From contig CDMY01000510.1 in NCBI GenBank assembly GCA_001179505.1, forward strand, positions 62,001 to 126,000: a stretch of DNA of 64,000 nt. The letters run 5' to 3'. The stretch's first letter is position 1; the number at the start of each line of letters is the position of its first letter. This document shows positions 32,480-44,965 of the stretch, piece after piece. This DNA is from Vitrella brassicaformis CCMP3155. Its lineage: Eukaryota; Protista; Chromerida. The notes under the pieces were generated by a model. It was not told the DNA's origin. It saw only the letters and a program-made list of their open reading frames with translations, and did not search any database. Position numbers and translations under genes: made by a program.

Positions 32480-35325
32480 ATGGAGCAAGCAGTGTCGCCT
32501 GCCCTTTCGACTGCCCATCTCAGAAAGGTTCTCCGAAGCTGGGTGAGCCTCAATGACCATCTCGTGGCGGAGGATGCAGCGCAAGCGGCTCCGAGGACTC
32601 TGTGGGTGGCGTTCGAAACGTGAGAGAATGAGAATGGCTCAGTTTGCACTGACACATGGATGCATCTGCGATCTGCGTTGTGTGTGCTGCAGCGCTGTGG
32701 ATGAGACGAATGATGCCGTCTCCAGCAGTCTCGCTTCCAAGGCAAACTCTTAATGCAATGCTCTGCATTCTGTCTTGGTCGTTTCATCTCTTGCGTGTGC
32801 CTCTCAGCATGAAGCTGAGGAGAGCTGCCAGCTGCTTGAGTTCGCGCAGATCACGCTTCGCAACTTTCAGGCAATGGGAGGAAGACGCATAGACGGCTCA
32901 CAACCATACAACCAACTATCGGCCTCTCTTGCTTTGTTCTGCAGAAGTATCTGAGATCAAAGGGAGAACGGGGCACTCTGCGGGAAATCCAATGTGTCAA
33001 GTGGCATTCCTCTCTCATCCACATGATCGGCTGTTGCTGCAAGTACCGCACGAGGCGCAGACAGCCAACATATCGCTGCTTCTCATGGCACTCTGTCTGC
33101 GTATTCAGAGTGATAGGCGACCTCCACGCAGCCCTTGCCTTCCTCAAGACGGCCGAGACCGTGGAGGGAGAGGCGGAAGAGCTCCTCGCTTTGATGCGCA
33201 GACGCTTGGCAGAACGGCAGCCACAGCCGCGACCCACAGCATCTCCTTCCATTGAACGTTCACGGCCGTCGTCTGGCGGCCTTGCACACGGATGGAACGG
33301 CCTTGAGGCAAGGCTGGAACAAAAAGGGAGGAGTAAGAGCGACAGGCTACGGTCTGTGTCGCCTCCTGTGAGGTCGCGGAGCGGGGAAGGCAACCTTGAC
33401 AAAAATGCTGACAAGGAGACTCGGGAGCCGACATCAGGTAAGAGTTTAGATAGACCCTGGCAGATCTCCTTCACGCCTACACAACAGACAGACAAAGAAA
33501 TGGATCTTGATCAAGGGGCATATGTCATGTGAATTCATTGACTTGTTTGGCTTCTGTGCGATGAATTGCAGCCTTGATCAGCCGCTCTGTGACTCAACTT
33601 GGACTGGGTTCGGTGCTCTCTGGTCTTAACAGACACGGAGAGGCACTTACCCACGCACAACAGGTAAAGGCAAGACAATTGTCAATCCTTCAGACAGAAG
33701 AAATGTAACACATCGCTTCCTGCAGGCAGTGGATCTCGCCGAGCAAGCAGCTAAGACGCTGTGGGGCACCGCATCACAGCCACACGCAGATACAAAAGGT
33801 CTCCGAGTGCCGCTGCCTGCTGCGCCGCGCAAGTCGTTCCAAGAAGCAAGAGAAGGGCACGGCGGTCGCCCACCAACTGACCCTGGATGGGTCCTGGCTG
33901 CCTCATATCACAACCTGGCAGTCGAGCAAGAGGCCATGGTATACACTGACGTGTCGAAGGAGACACTATCGATGCTTGTGTCCTTGGTGCAGGGTCACCC
34001 GTCGCAAGCGTTGTGCAGCTTTCGCTCTGCATTGGAGGTCGTGTCAAAGGCGATGCATCAAGATGACACAAAAGCCATGGACCTCAAGAGAAGGTGCCAA
34101 GGTGCGCAAACATGTGACGCCTACGGAGGAAGGCTTGTTCGCACACTTGTGTGTCTCAGCCGCCATTGACCGATTGCTGAAAGCGCGAGAGGAAGCACTC
34201 GATAAGAAGACGCAGAAGATCGAGCGCCAGTTCTCTGAGATGCAGCGGACGGACCGCTGGAACAACAGGCGCCAAGGCACCTTTATCGATCCCGCAGCAA
34301 TCCGTCATCGCGACCAAGAAGGCCCTGTCAGATGCGCCACAAGCCCCCACCTCCCCTACGAGCCGCAAGGGACACGCCATGGGGGCGAAAACGCCCTTTC
34401 GCCACACCAACAGTCCGACCAGCCTGAACACGTTGGTGAGAGCTGCTGGGCGAGGTCCAAGACACCAGGCGAGCGAAGGGGATCGTTCGGGACGTCGCGT
34501 CTTCTGGAATCAGCGTCCACGTGGCATATCGTATCATCGGCTGTCCGTGAGATGGGTACGGGGGTGAGGTGTCAGCTGTGGGTGGAGGAGGGGCATGAAG
34601 GAGGCGTCACAGTGCACCTTCTCGCATTGGCCTCAGGTAAAAGAAAGGAACAAAAACCGCGCAGACTCTCCCCTCCCCCCATTATGCTTTCAGGTCGCCA
34701 CTGGCAGGTCCAATCGCTGAAGGCTCGTTGAGACGCATGATGGACAAATGGACGTCAAGGACAGAGGTCGGAACAACAACGCTGATTGACCCTCCGAAAC
34801 TTGATTGTGACTGCCTCCATCTCCTTCCAGCCTTCAGCAGTGTCCAGACAGGCTTTTTTGCGAGACCTACTCCACGACATCCGAGTGGACAGAGAGGACG
34901 ACGTCGATGAGCTCCTCGGCAAGCCAAGCCACGACGATTCATCCGATGCCATATTCATCGCAAGACAGAAGAGGACAATTGTTCGTGGGATCAGCAAACT
35001 CCCGAGCGAAGTGAGAGAGACGAGGCCACCCAGCAGTGCACCGAGACAGGATGGCCATCAGGCTCCGCATTTCGGTGGCCTCGATAGCTCGGCGGAGTGG
35101 CATGCAGACCGCGTCTCTGTGCGGCAGCCAGCAGAGGGAACAGTTGCCAGGGGGAGCCGGGCGGGGTCGGTTGCAATGCATGTACCTCACGGCTTTGTCA
35201 TCTCGGTGTGCGGAGAAGGGGCGAGACGTCGATCGGATGATCGTCGGTCATCGGATAATGACGTGTCGATATACGTCGATGGATGGGAAACGGGAGAGGC
35301 GATGAGGACTCCCCGAAGGCAATGA
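32480..35325 (+). CDS. TPR-repeat protein with long low-complexity C-terminus, multi-exon
   Basis: TPR-like helices LIHMIGCCCK|VIGDLHAALAFLKTAE and LAASYHNLAVEQEAM|GHPSQALCSFRSALE. The start MEQAVSPALS at 32480 connects in frame only if two GC-AG introns are used. Distal exon limits are uncertain. Confidence 0.6.
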
Positions 35326-35600
35326 GGCCGTGGTTGGAGGACTCGTTTCTTTCCACTCAATTATCATATTTTTACGTTGAGGGGCAATGAGGGCCTTGAG
35401 CGAATCTGAGAACATTGACACAGCAATCAGCGCAGAGGAGCGAGCACTGACAAATGAATAAGGTCCATGTCTCCATGTGCACTGCAACCTCCAGCCCTCA
35501 CGGCGCATACCCAGCCAGCTGTACACGGCCACAACCAGCTCGAAACATGCAGAGCAAGTATACAGCACGTCCCAACAGACATCCCTCCCTCCCTCTTAAT

Positions 35601-36451
35601 CTACGTAGCAATTCTGAGCTTGCCGCTGGCACCGAGATGAGTGCTGATTTGCCCCCCTCCCCCGCTGGGCTGGGCAGCCACAGCAGTCGTCGCGTACGCG
35701 TAGTCTTGCAGCTTCTGCGTGAATGCTGGCTTCAGCTCTCTCTCGGTGCCGTCCAGTATCTTTGACGCCATATTCTTCTTCATCACCTCCAGAGACTTGG
35801 TCAGCATCTCAGCAAACTCCTGCATGATGTCGTGAGGACATCAGCCGGGCGCGTCTCCGTGTCTGTCTGCCTGCCTGTCTGTCTGTCTGTCTGTTCTCTC
35901 TTTTCGTCCGTACATGTGCCATTTCATCCATGCGCTTCTTGAGTTCCTGTATGTGCACGTCTCTGGCCTTGATCTCCTCGTCTTTCTCACGCACCAGCTC
36001 CTTGAGCTCATGGTTGGTGAGGTCGAGCTCCTCCTTCTGCTCTGTCAGGGTGGTCTCCAGCGAGTTGATCTTGTGAATCAGCTCCTCCTGCAAGGCCTTG
36101 TACTGACGCGCCATGTCTGCCGTCACTGCATGCACAGACAGACGCACGGAGAGAAAGACGGTCTGTGAAGGGCTCTGTCTACGTGGCTGGTGTCCCCCAT
36201 CTCTAACCTGCAAAGGTGTTGTTCTTTTCGTCTTCGAAGTCCTTCTCGAGTTCCTCCACTTTGGCTCTCAGCTGGGCCTCCTCGGCCCTCACGGCCTCGC
36301 ATGCCTCCTCCTTGAGCTGCAGCTCACGCTCAAGAATCAACAGCTGGTTCTCGAGGTCAGCATTCAACTCCTCCGACGTAAGGGGAACACCCGCCGGCCC
36401 CTCGCCTTTGCCCTTCTTGCCTTTCTTCCCGCCTTTCTTCTTCGGGGCCAT
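35601..36451 (-). CDS. CCDC153: Coiled-coil protein CCDC153 / dynein regulatory complex subunit 12-like
   Basis: MAPKKKGGKKGKK basic N-terminus, then VTADMARQYKALQEELIHKINSLE and KDEEIKARDVHIQELKKRMDEMAH|EFAEML, matching my recollection of DRC12 conserved blocks. 3 exons. Confidence 0.7.
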
Positions 36452-36689
36452 CCTATCTTGCGAGAAACCCACCGCGCAGTAGCCTCCCGTGGGGTCTGGG
36501 CGTTAGGGTTTGAAGAGCTCGCACGGTGAGGGAGCATCACCCGTGTGGCCGCGTGGTGCAGGTGGTGTGTCGAGGCCAACAGCAGGGTGAGGAATCATTT
36601 ATCGAAATGCTCAAGTATTGCTGTGTGCGTTGGTCCTTCGCAGATCTGGCCTCTGTCCTCTTCTCGTCAGCCGTGTTTTGAGTGGCACC

Positions 36690-38752
36690 ATGGGAGCTTC
36701 TTCTTCTGCTGCTGCTGCGCCTCAGGCAGAGGTGAGTCAAAGCACAACAAACACACACACTCATCGATGTGTCAGAGCATCACTGACACATTCGTTCGCT
36801 GGTTTGATTGATGTTCGGTTCGTCAGGCAATGCCATCCCCGACGCCGTGCCGTTACAAAGAGGGCAGTCGTGTGCAGATGGTGACCAGCAAGCGGGAGAA
36901 GGGCAAGCAGAGGTGGGTCAAGGCCGACGTGTATCGCATTGAGGAGGGCAGTAGTGGACGGACGGCGCTTCACTTGAGGGAGGTGGGCGGACACCGGGAA
37001 GAGTTCAAAGTGCTGGTGCCGCACAACGAGACCAAGACATCACCGCATGGCCAACAGGTATACGTGACGTCCACACGTCCACTCAATCACCGCACTTGTG
37101 GGGTGGCACGCCCAGGCGCATGGCGGCTTCCGCCTCACTCACAAGAACTTAGCTGATCAGGATGATAACACAACGGTACTCACACACAGCGACACTCGTG
37201 ACGCGGCTCACTCTCATGCTGGCTGCTCTCGCTGACTCAGGCCCTTCGTGGTCTTGGCGACGACCATCTGTCTTGTGTCTTCAGCCTCATGACCCCTCGC
37301 GAGCTGTCAGCCCTCCCAACCCTCTCCAAGCAGTGGCCGCAAGTCCGCAAGGGGGCCCTTCGCCAGCAGACGCACATCGCCATCGACTCTTCTACCGAGG
37401 ACGCCCGCCAATTCTGGGACAACATGACGCCTGAGGAGGCCTTCCAGCTCGGCAAAAAGCTCGTCAACCTGACGGCCCTCACCCTCGTCCAGCCACGCCA
37501 CGAGCGCTCATGGTGTCTGCGCAGCATGATATGCATCGTGGAGGGCCATGCGGCCGGACGTCGGGAGGCGTGCGAGACGAAGGGACAGCAGCACATGTCG
37601 AAGGGATCGCTGGAGACCGTCGAATTGACTACCACCAGCACTACCACCACCAGCAACAGCTCCCCGCCCTTCCAGCTTTCTCCCCTCACCGAGCCCCCGA
37701 CCCTCCATGCCCTCAGGGCCGTATCTGGTGCCGTCCGACAGCACAGTATCCTTGCCTACAGGGGCTGACGCATGCCTGCACTCGAGAGTGTGGAGCTGTG
37801 GGGGGGTGATGCCGACGACCTGGGCCGATTAATCAGCTCGTCTCAGTCGCTGAAAGAGGTTGGGGGGCGTCGGCGGTCATGGGAGTGGTGGGCGGCTGTG
37901 TTTGAGCACTTTCCTGTCGCATCCGCCGGGCAGCCAGGGCCGCTCAGACACCTCCAGACCATCGGAGGGATCACATGGGCCCACAAGGACGAGGGACAAG
38001 TGAGGCGACTGCAGGTAGGCAACCATCACCCAGGGGAGGCCTCATCTGTCTGTGCGCACACACACGAATGACGTCATTTTCTCTTTGTTTCTTTCTAGGA
38101 TGTGCTCTCATCGCGTGGCTGCCGCAGGTCGCTGACAAGGCTCGACGTGGAGATCGCAGCATTCGAGGACCACGACACCCTCTCTGCCCTGCTTGCTGTC
38201 GACGGCTTCATCAACACATGTTGCGTCTCGCCAGACGTGCCGCTCAAGGTGACTGGTGCACCAGGTGACTTCGAGCTGTCGCTCCTCTACGCCGACGCAT
38301 TCCCCCCTCGCCCCTCGCCCTTCATCAAGACGGCCATCAAGGATGCGGCACGACAGGCGATAGCCGTGACCTACAGCCTCAGCCAGCATGACCTCACCCA
38401 CCCTCTTGACGACCCCAGCCAGGCGGCCGTCGAGATGGCATCGAGCCTCTCATTCGACAAGGCGGAGTATGTGGTGGTTTGCGATGCCATTAGCTTCGTC
38501 CCCCCACCAGGCACCCCCCCACCCACCCCCGCCATCATCAACCACCTGCAGCAGCTCCCGGGGGCGAGAGATCTGGATGTCTACAGCGCTGTGGGCGTTG
38601 CTGCTGGCCGGCTGTTGGCACAGAAGATGCCCATGCAGGTGGGGCGTGTGTGCTTTGGCGCAGCTGTCAGTGCGCAGGACAGGATCGGCGTGCTGGAGGC
38701 GCTGGGGGAGAGGGTGGCGGTGGGAAATGTCCTACGGTCAGTCTCACTCTGA
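36690..38752 (+). pseudogene. Member of a lineage-expanded F-box-like family (N-myristoylation site, small beta-barrel, F-box-like motif, repeat-like C-region) with an in-frame TGA
   Basis: MGASSS...; YKEGSRVQMV...RWVKADVYRIE; cag|ALRGLGDDHLSCVFSLMTPRELSALPTLSKQW (F-box-like). The same frame is interrupted by TGA at 37766-37768 (RG*RMPALESV) and then continues for over 300 codons across one intron. Confidence 0.6.
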
Positions 38753-38877
38753 GTCGGGTTGGCATGAATGGTGACGACCGCCTACGGTCCTTCGCTGATT
38801 TTTCCTCCTCTCCCGAGTAGCCTACTTAGCGTGAACAGATACACGCTCTGTGCTGCCGGGGCCATCGCAAGCGACTC

Positions 38878-38910
<33 letters not shown>

Positions 38911-39058
38911 TGCCTGACTGCGTGACTCTGTGTCTTTCTCTATGCAAATCGTGCAACTTGCGAATCGGTCGCCACCTCAGTTATTGATACGAAAAGCGCG
39001 CAGCGTTGTGTCGCCAGATCTCGGACGCCAGGCGACTCTGCCTGTGTCCTCGCACATC

Positions 39059-42000
39059 ATGGAGGGCAGATCAGGTTCAGACCCACCTGCATCTTCCTCA
39101 GCCAAGGTCATTGAGGTGCCGACGGTGTCGTCCTGCGCCACCAAGGTCACCACGAGCCTGGATCTGGCACTGGACAGCCGACACGACCACAGCACACTGC
39201 CTGTCATCATGGAAGAGGAGACTCTCTCGCGCCGGCTGCGCAAGTGCTGCAAGTGTGTGGTGAGTCCGTCAGTGGGTGGGGGAGGGACACACTGACTGAC
39301 GAACCAAGCAGATCGCTTTGCTTGCGACTGGGTGTGTGCAGCACGAGTCGCTTCAGATCCTCTGCTGCATACCCTCGTCCATCATCTGGAAGCGGAGGGT
39401 AAGGAAACGGCACACACGTCATCCCATCTCCCTGGGATCTTTCTGCGTGCTGTGTTGTGCTGTGTTGTGCTGTGCTGTGTTGTGTGTGGTCGGCTGGGCT
39501 GGCTCCATCTGCAGAAGATGGGTGTGAGCATGCAGAAGATGGACTTCGTCAAGAGGGAGCTGCGCACATTCGTTATCTGGAGCAGGCTGGTGGGTCTGTC
39601 CTTCCTCCCCGATGACAACAACTTTGTGCTCTGGGTCTGGCCTGTCATCATACAAGTGGGTGCCCTGCCCTGCACCACACCTCACCACACTCGCAGAAGG
39701 CCTGCAGCAAATGCTGCACGGGCTGGTTGTCCACGTGATCCATCCATCAATCAGGTGTTGCTGTGGCACACGACATTTGTCAACACGATGGGGCTGTGGT
39801 GGTCCGTCACCTACCAGCACCAGCTGCAGCACATGCAGATGGAAGCATCAGAGGCCAACGGCAGCGATGCGGTACCCATGACTGACTAATCAGAGAGGCA
39901 CGACCCACACACACACATGTTTTGCCTGCTTGTTGTGTGCTGCAGCAGCAGCAGCAGCAGCAGGAGCGTGGCGCCGCGGAGATGAGACAAGAGGAGCCGC
40001 TCGACCCTTTTGTCGTGTTCCTCTTCTTCTCAGCCTCGCTGGCGATTACCGTCTCGTACACCGTGCTGCGCATTCAGTGGTACATCGACACCATGCCATG
40101 AGGGAAGGCCGGCATCCTTTTGTCGTGACTGTGCGTGTGTGTATGGTGCAGGTATAAGAAGGGAGCGACATTCGGCCAGGTGGTGGAGTTCCACCGAGCC
40201 CGCGGCGGGCGCTTCCTGCGTCTGCTGCGTGGGCCGATCGTCGCCAGGCTTGTCATTTCGATTGTGATATGCATCGCGAGCTGGCTCCACTTCACGCTAC
40301 ACGAGTGAGTGAGTGCGGCACCATGGCATGATGAGGGATGGGCGTGGTTGCAGTGTGGTACGGCGGATCGGTCATTCTTTCGTGACTGTATATGTGTGTT
40401 GACCTGCAGGTACATTTCCAAGTGGGTGCGCGGAAAGGCTGTGGGGCAGTACATTATGCCGGGCTCGGAATGGGAGGGCCTCAACGTCTTCGTGCACGTC
40501 AATGTGACGATCTCGGCCTTCCTCGGCTACCTCGTCCAACCCATGATCGCGTGAGCACCGAATGAATGAGACCAACACACACACATGGAGACAAAAACGG
40601 GACACTCCCTGTATGTGTGTGTGTGTCTGTGTCCCACCATCGTCAGCGTGTCTGTGGCGGGTCTTTTGTCGACCATCTGCCAGATGCACACCGCGGCCGT
40701 TAACTGCCTCCTCTGGGAGCTCTCGGAGCCTGTGCGCATCCAGGAGAGGCAGCGCAAGCGGCGCATCAACAAGAAGCTCAGTGCCGGTCAGATCAGCCGC
40801 TACGACAGCTCCGAGCAGCTGCCCCTCATGAACGCCGTGACGGGGCATAGCACCAGTGGCGACCACCTGGCGATGGACGACGACCTGCGCGCGCTGAGTT
40901 CCCTGGTGCAGGGGGGCGGGGAGGGGCGTGAGGGGGCGGGGGAGGACGAAGAAGAGGCTGGCGTCACGTATACACCACAGAGAGTGGCTTACCTTATGGA
41001 TCTTCATCGCAAGTACGTCAGTCAGAAGGGTCAGAGGGAGATCTGACGGTGTTATCGTCATCTTGCTTTGTTGTCGTGTCTGTGTGTGTGTGTGTTTGTT
41101 GGGCCTGAGCCAGAATCGACTCCCTCATCACCCGCAGCAGTCGGGCGGTGCAGCTGCCGATAGCCACCATGTCGCTGCTGTACTTCATCACCTTCCTTAC
41201 TTGCGCCTTCCTCTTCGTCTTCCTACCCAAAAAAACACAAGACGTCAACATGGTCATCTGTGTCATCGGCGTCTTCATTACTGTGGGCATCTCATGCTAC
41301 TGGCTTCTGAGGGCATCCAGCCAAGTGACGGCCAAGTGCCGCAGACTCGGCGAGACAGCGTCCCTCAACCCCTGGTAGCCACCTGCACACAGGCGACCTG
41401 CATACACGGGGGCGCCCATTCTGCCGTCATTCGTCTCTCTTCCTCTTCCTCTTCCTCTGTCTCTGTGCGTTGCGTGCAGCCCCAATGCCCTGCTGCACAT
41501 CGATGTGGACGAGACGGCCTTGGCCGATGGAGAGGTCGAGGGCTTCATCCACCCCCAGACAGAGACGCCCGCCTACCGCGCGTCCATTCTGCGCGACCAC
41601 ACGATCGTCATCTCGGCCACCAATGAGCTCGCCGCCCTCCCGCCCCTCTTCCCTCCGTCTTCGCCCTCCACCAGCCCCTCGCACAGGGACAAGAACGAGC
41701 CATCGCCGGTGGTCGAGTCGCCGCTCTCCCTCACGCCACCCAAACAGAGCCGCTCGCTGTCCGAGGGAGAGGCCGTTTCCAACGGCTCGCCCACCACAGC
41801 CCCATCAGCTGCTGCCTCGTCGAGTGGCGGGCCGCCGTGTGTGATCGGCAAGCAGGATGCCGAAGTCCAGACGAGTGGAAGGGACAGAGCAGAGGACGAT
41901 GCCAGTGTGCGGCGGCCGCCGTGTGAGGACTGGCTGCAGCAGGTGATGCTGGTGCAGTTTTTCTCGAGCACCAGTAGTGGGTGGCGCGTGTATGACAGCC

Positions 42001-42101
42001 TGATCACGCCGGAGTTGCTGTCGAGGGTAGTCTACGGGAGCGTCACGATATTCGCCATCGCCATCCAGCGAGTCGTGCTGTCGTACGGCGAAGTCGTGTA
42101 G
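39059..42101 (+). CDS. Gustatory-receptor-like 7TM protein (7TMIC / GRL / DUF3537-related superfamily)
   Basis: No signal peptide. Seven hydrophobic segments: VLWVWPVIIQ|VLLWH; SLAITVSYTVL; LVISIVICIASWL; VTISAFLGYLVQPMIA|...LLSTICQMH; IATMSLLYFITFLTCAFLFVF; VICVIGVFITVGISCYWLLRASSQVTAKC; and split TM7 VQFFSSTSSGWRVYDSLITPELLSRVVYGSVTIFAIAIQ. Long acidic/Ser-Pro loops precede TM5 and TM7. Confidence 0.72.
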
Positions 42102-43332
42102 ACAGCACTTACTGTAAGACAGCTATGGATGGAGTCGGTGCGGTGGCTGCGACTGGGGGACTTTTTTTGCTCTCTGCCACCAGCCAGCTGCTGTATAGTA
42201 AAGTAAGTATTTGCTTAAGGGGTAAGGGCCGCGGTCTTTATCGATCGCGTTGTCGGTGTGGTGTGGTGTGGTGTGGGGGTCAGAGGCGGTTTTGACACAG
42301 CCGCCGTCATCTCCATGTGTGTGCGAGTGCATAGATGCTTAGGGGGGCTGGGGGGGAGGGGGAGGTAATTGGTTGAGAGCTGCGTGTGTGCGCGGCCCTG
42401 TTTGTGTCGTGCGGGCCGTCTGGCTGTCTCCTTTCTGTCTAGCCAGCCAGACGAGTGCCAGCGCTTTCCTCCCCCCCTGCTGCTGTGGCAATGATTCGGC
42501 TTCCTGCATTGCATTCAGTGCCGAGAGCTACCGTGTGATCGACCAATTCATTTTGGTGCTGTGTACCCGTGGAAGTCCAGCCGACACAGGCATGGATTTC
42601 CCTGAGTGCATGGCGCCGGGGTGGAACTGGTCAGTCAATCACTCACTCAAGAGCTCTGCTTGATGGCCTGTTTTGTTCATTTGGGCGGGCTGCGGGTGGG
42701 TGGGGTTTGGTTTCATTTGGTGTCTGCCTGCCTGCGACGTACGTGCATCCTTGTTTGAGGGCTCTGGCGACCAAGCTGGAGGGGTGGGGGCTGTGCAGTG
42801 AGTGCATTTGTGTGTGAGAGTAATGGTGTATGTGTGTGTGTGTAAGGGTAATGGAATGCTGTGTACGTGTAAGGGGCCGGGATGGGTGACGCTATTTCCT
42901 GTTTTTTCTCCTGTCCCTGCCTGCAATGGTGCGGGTGCGCTGCGCTTGGTGTGGACGAGTACGTGACGGGTACGGTACACTGACTGATTGCTGTCCCAAC
43001 GATTGATTCATCCCCATCAGCCAGGCCCCAAATCTCAAGTGACCCTTGCTCCGCTCCATTGATGGATGGAACGACACGCCCGATTGCTTGATGGATCGTC
43101 AAGTCCACGCACACGCACCCACACACACACTGAGGTGACAGACATGCAGGGTTGCAGAAGCGATAGCTGGACAATAGTCTGTCTGGCTGCAACTAGCGAA
43201 ATGACTAACACCAAAGGCTGCCGCGCCGAGCAGCGAACAAAATGCCACAGAATGCATCTCTATGGCCCTACTCACTACACATTGAGTCCATCCATCCATC
43301 CATCCGTCCACCCATCCGGCTCTCTCCATGAG

Positions 43333-44965
43333 CTAGTCTATGGTGTATATCAGAAGGTAGTCGAAGAAGACGTCTCCCTCCCCACTGACCACCTTGCCGT
43401 CGCTCCCGCCGTAGTAGCAGTCGGGCGGGCTGATTGGGTCTCCCTCAGTCCGGTAGTTGGTGATGGTCGACAGCCACACGTGGAACAGGTTTTTGGGGAT
43501 CTTCTCGTACGGCCCGTCGGGCGCACTTGGGCCCGTCTTGGCCCTGACCTCGTGGATGAGGTTTCCGTCGAGGTACCAGGCCGCCCGCTCTCTGTCAAAC
43601 CACAAGGAGAAGATGTGGTAGTTGTTGACCAGGCTGAGGCCCCGACCACCAGCGGTGTCTTCATCCTGCTCCGATGACGGCCCGCTCCTGTCTGCATCAA
43701 CTGTGGTGGTCTTCCCCTCATCTGGTCTGTCGACGTCGAGTTGTTTGCCGAACTGCCATCTGCTGCCGGTGAGCCGCTCGAGAGTCAGAGGCTGGTACTC
43801 ACTGTCGTCTCGGCCCATCCTCGGGCCGCCCCCCGACCATCTGTAGACGCCGTAGTAGAATTCGGAGCGGCCGAACGAGCCGAAGTGCTCGAAGACGTCG
43901 AACTCGCTTCTCGGCTCGTATGACATGGGGTGCAGGTTGTTGCCCCCGTCTGAGTATGACGTCCAGAAGGCCTCGTGCCACCCAGGCGTCTTGGTCATCT
44001 TGACACGTGTCTCGAAGTAACCGTACCTGCACCACACCAGAGGCCACATCAAACACAGACAGACGGACCTCAGAGAGTCGTCTCTTTCCGACCGACTGAC
44101 GATTCGCTTACTGGTATCTTCTTCTGGTGACGACCCCCCCACCCGAGAACCACGCGTAACACGTCTCGTTGATCCGGTACCTCCTTCCGCTCGGCAGCGT
44201 CACCTCTTTGGCCTTCTTGTACGCAAATGGCTTCTCGAGATACCGCAGCCGGATGACCAGCTTGCCCCTCTCCACGCTCACGTAGGACGGATCGCAGAAC
44301 GAGTTGCGGCCGCACAGCTGGTGCGGCTGCCGGTACATGAAGGTGTCAAAATCGAGGGAGCCGCCGTCAAAGCCGTCGTAGAGGGCGAACTTGAAGTGCG
44401 GCGGGAGACGCACGGCGGGGCGCGGTCTTGAGGGCAGCCAAAAGGGCGGCGAGTCGGGGACTGTTGCATTTGGCACCCACCACCACACGGGCCGTCTTGG
44501 CCGCCCCTGGCGGTCAAGTGTATCGCGCGCAGGCGAGAAGATTCCTCTTGGCACAGCCAATGGAAACTGCCTTGAATTAGGATAGCCGCCGCCTTGTTGC
44601 GCCACCAGGCCACTATCTTGAGATCTGCCGTCCTTGCTGAGGTTGAGCGGGATGATGATCCAGGCGTCGGCCTCTGCTGGCGGCGGCGGGCGGTCGATGG
44701 CGATGATAAATCCCTCAGACAAGTCGGGGGCGTCGGCAAGGGATATGCTCTGGATGTCGGTCACAATCGGCTGTGCAAAGAAGAACCTCTCGGGATCGTC
44801 ATCCTCCCGCTGCAGCCTTCGCTCGAACAAGGTGGGCCTTCCGTGCCGCTCTGACTTGGTGGCCGGAAATAAGCCTGATGGACCTCTCAGGTAAATGAAG
44901 ATCAGTGCAGAGATGAAGGTCAGTGCACAAACGGCCTCGCGGAGATGACTCTGCGCCTGCTGCAT
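43333..44965 (-). CDS. Glycoside hydrolase family 16 with N-terminal signal/anchor; single intron
   Basis: Catalytic ExDxxE motif SEFDVFEH. Also RYQ|YGYFETRVKM..TPGWHEAFW, NYHIFSLWFDRERAAWYLDG and final VFFDYLLIY. One intron at ~44027-44111. Confidence 0.9.

Noticed and set aside
37766-37768. In-frame TGA as selenocysteine
   Set aside because: There is no redox-motif context and no SECIS that I can identify. A Trp nonsense mutation is simpler.
42417-42453. 10-bp inverted repeat cgtctggctg...cagccagacg downstream of the GRL gene
   Set aside because: It is short and built from the common CAGC/CAGA microsatellite words, so it is expected by chance.
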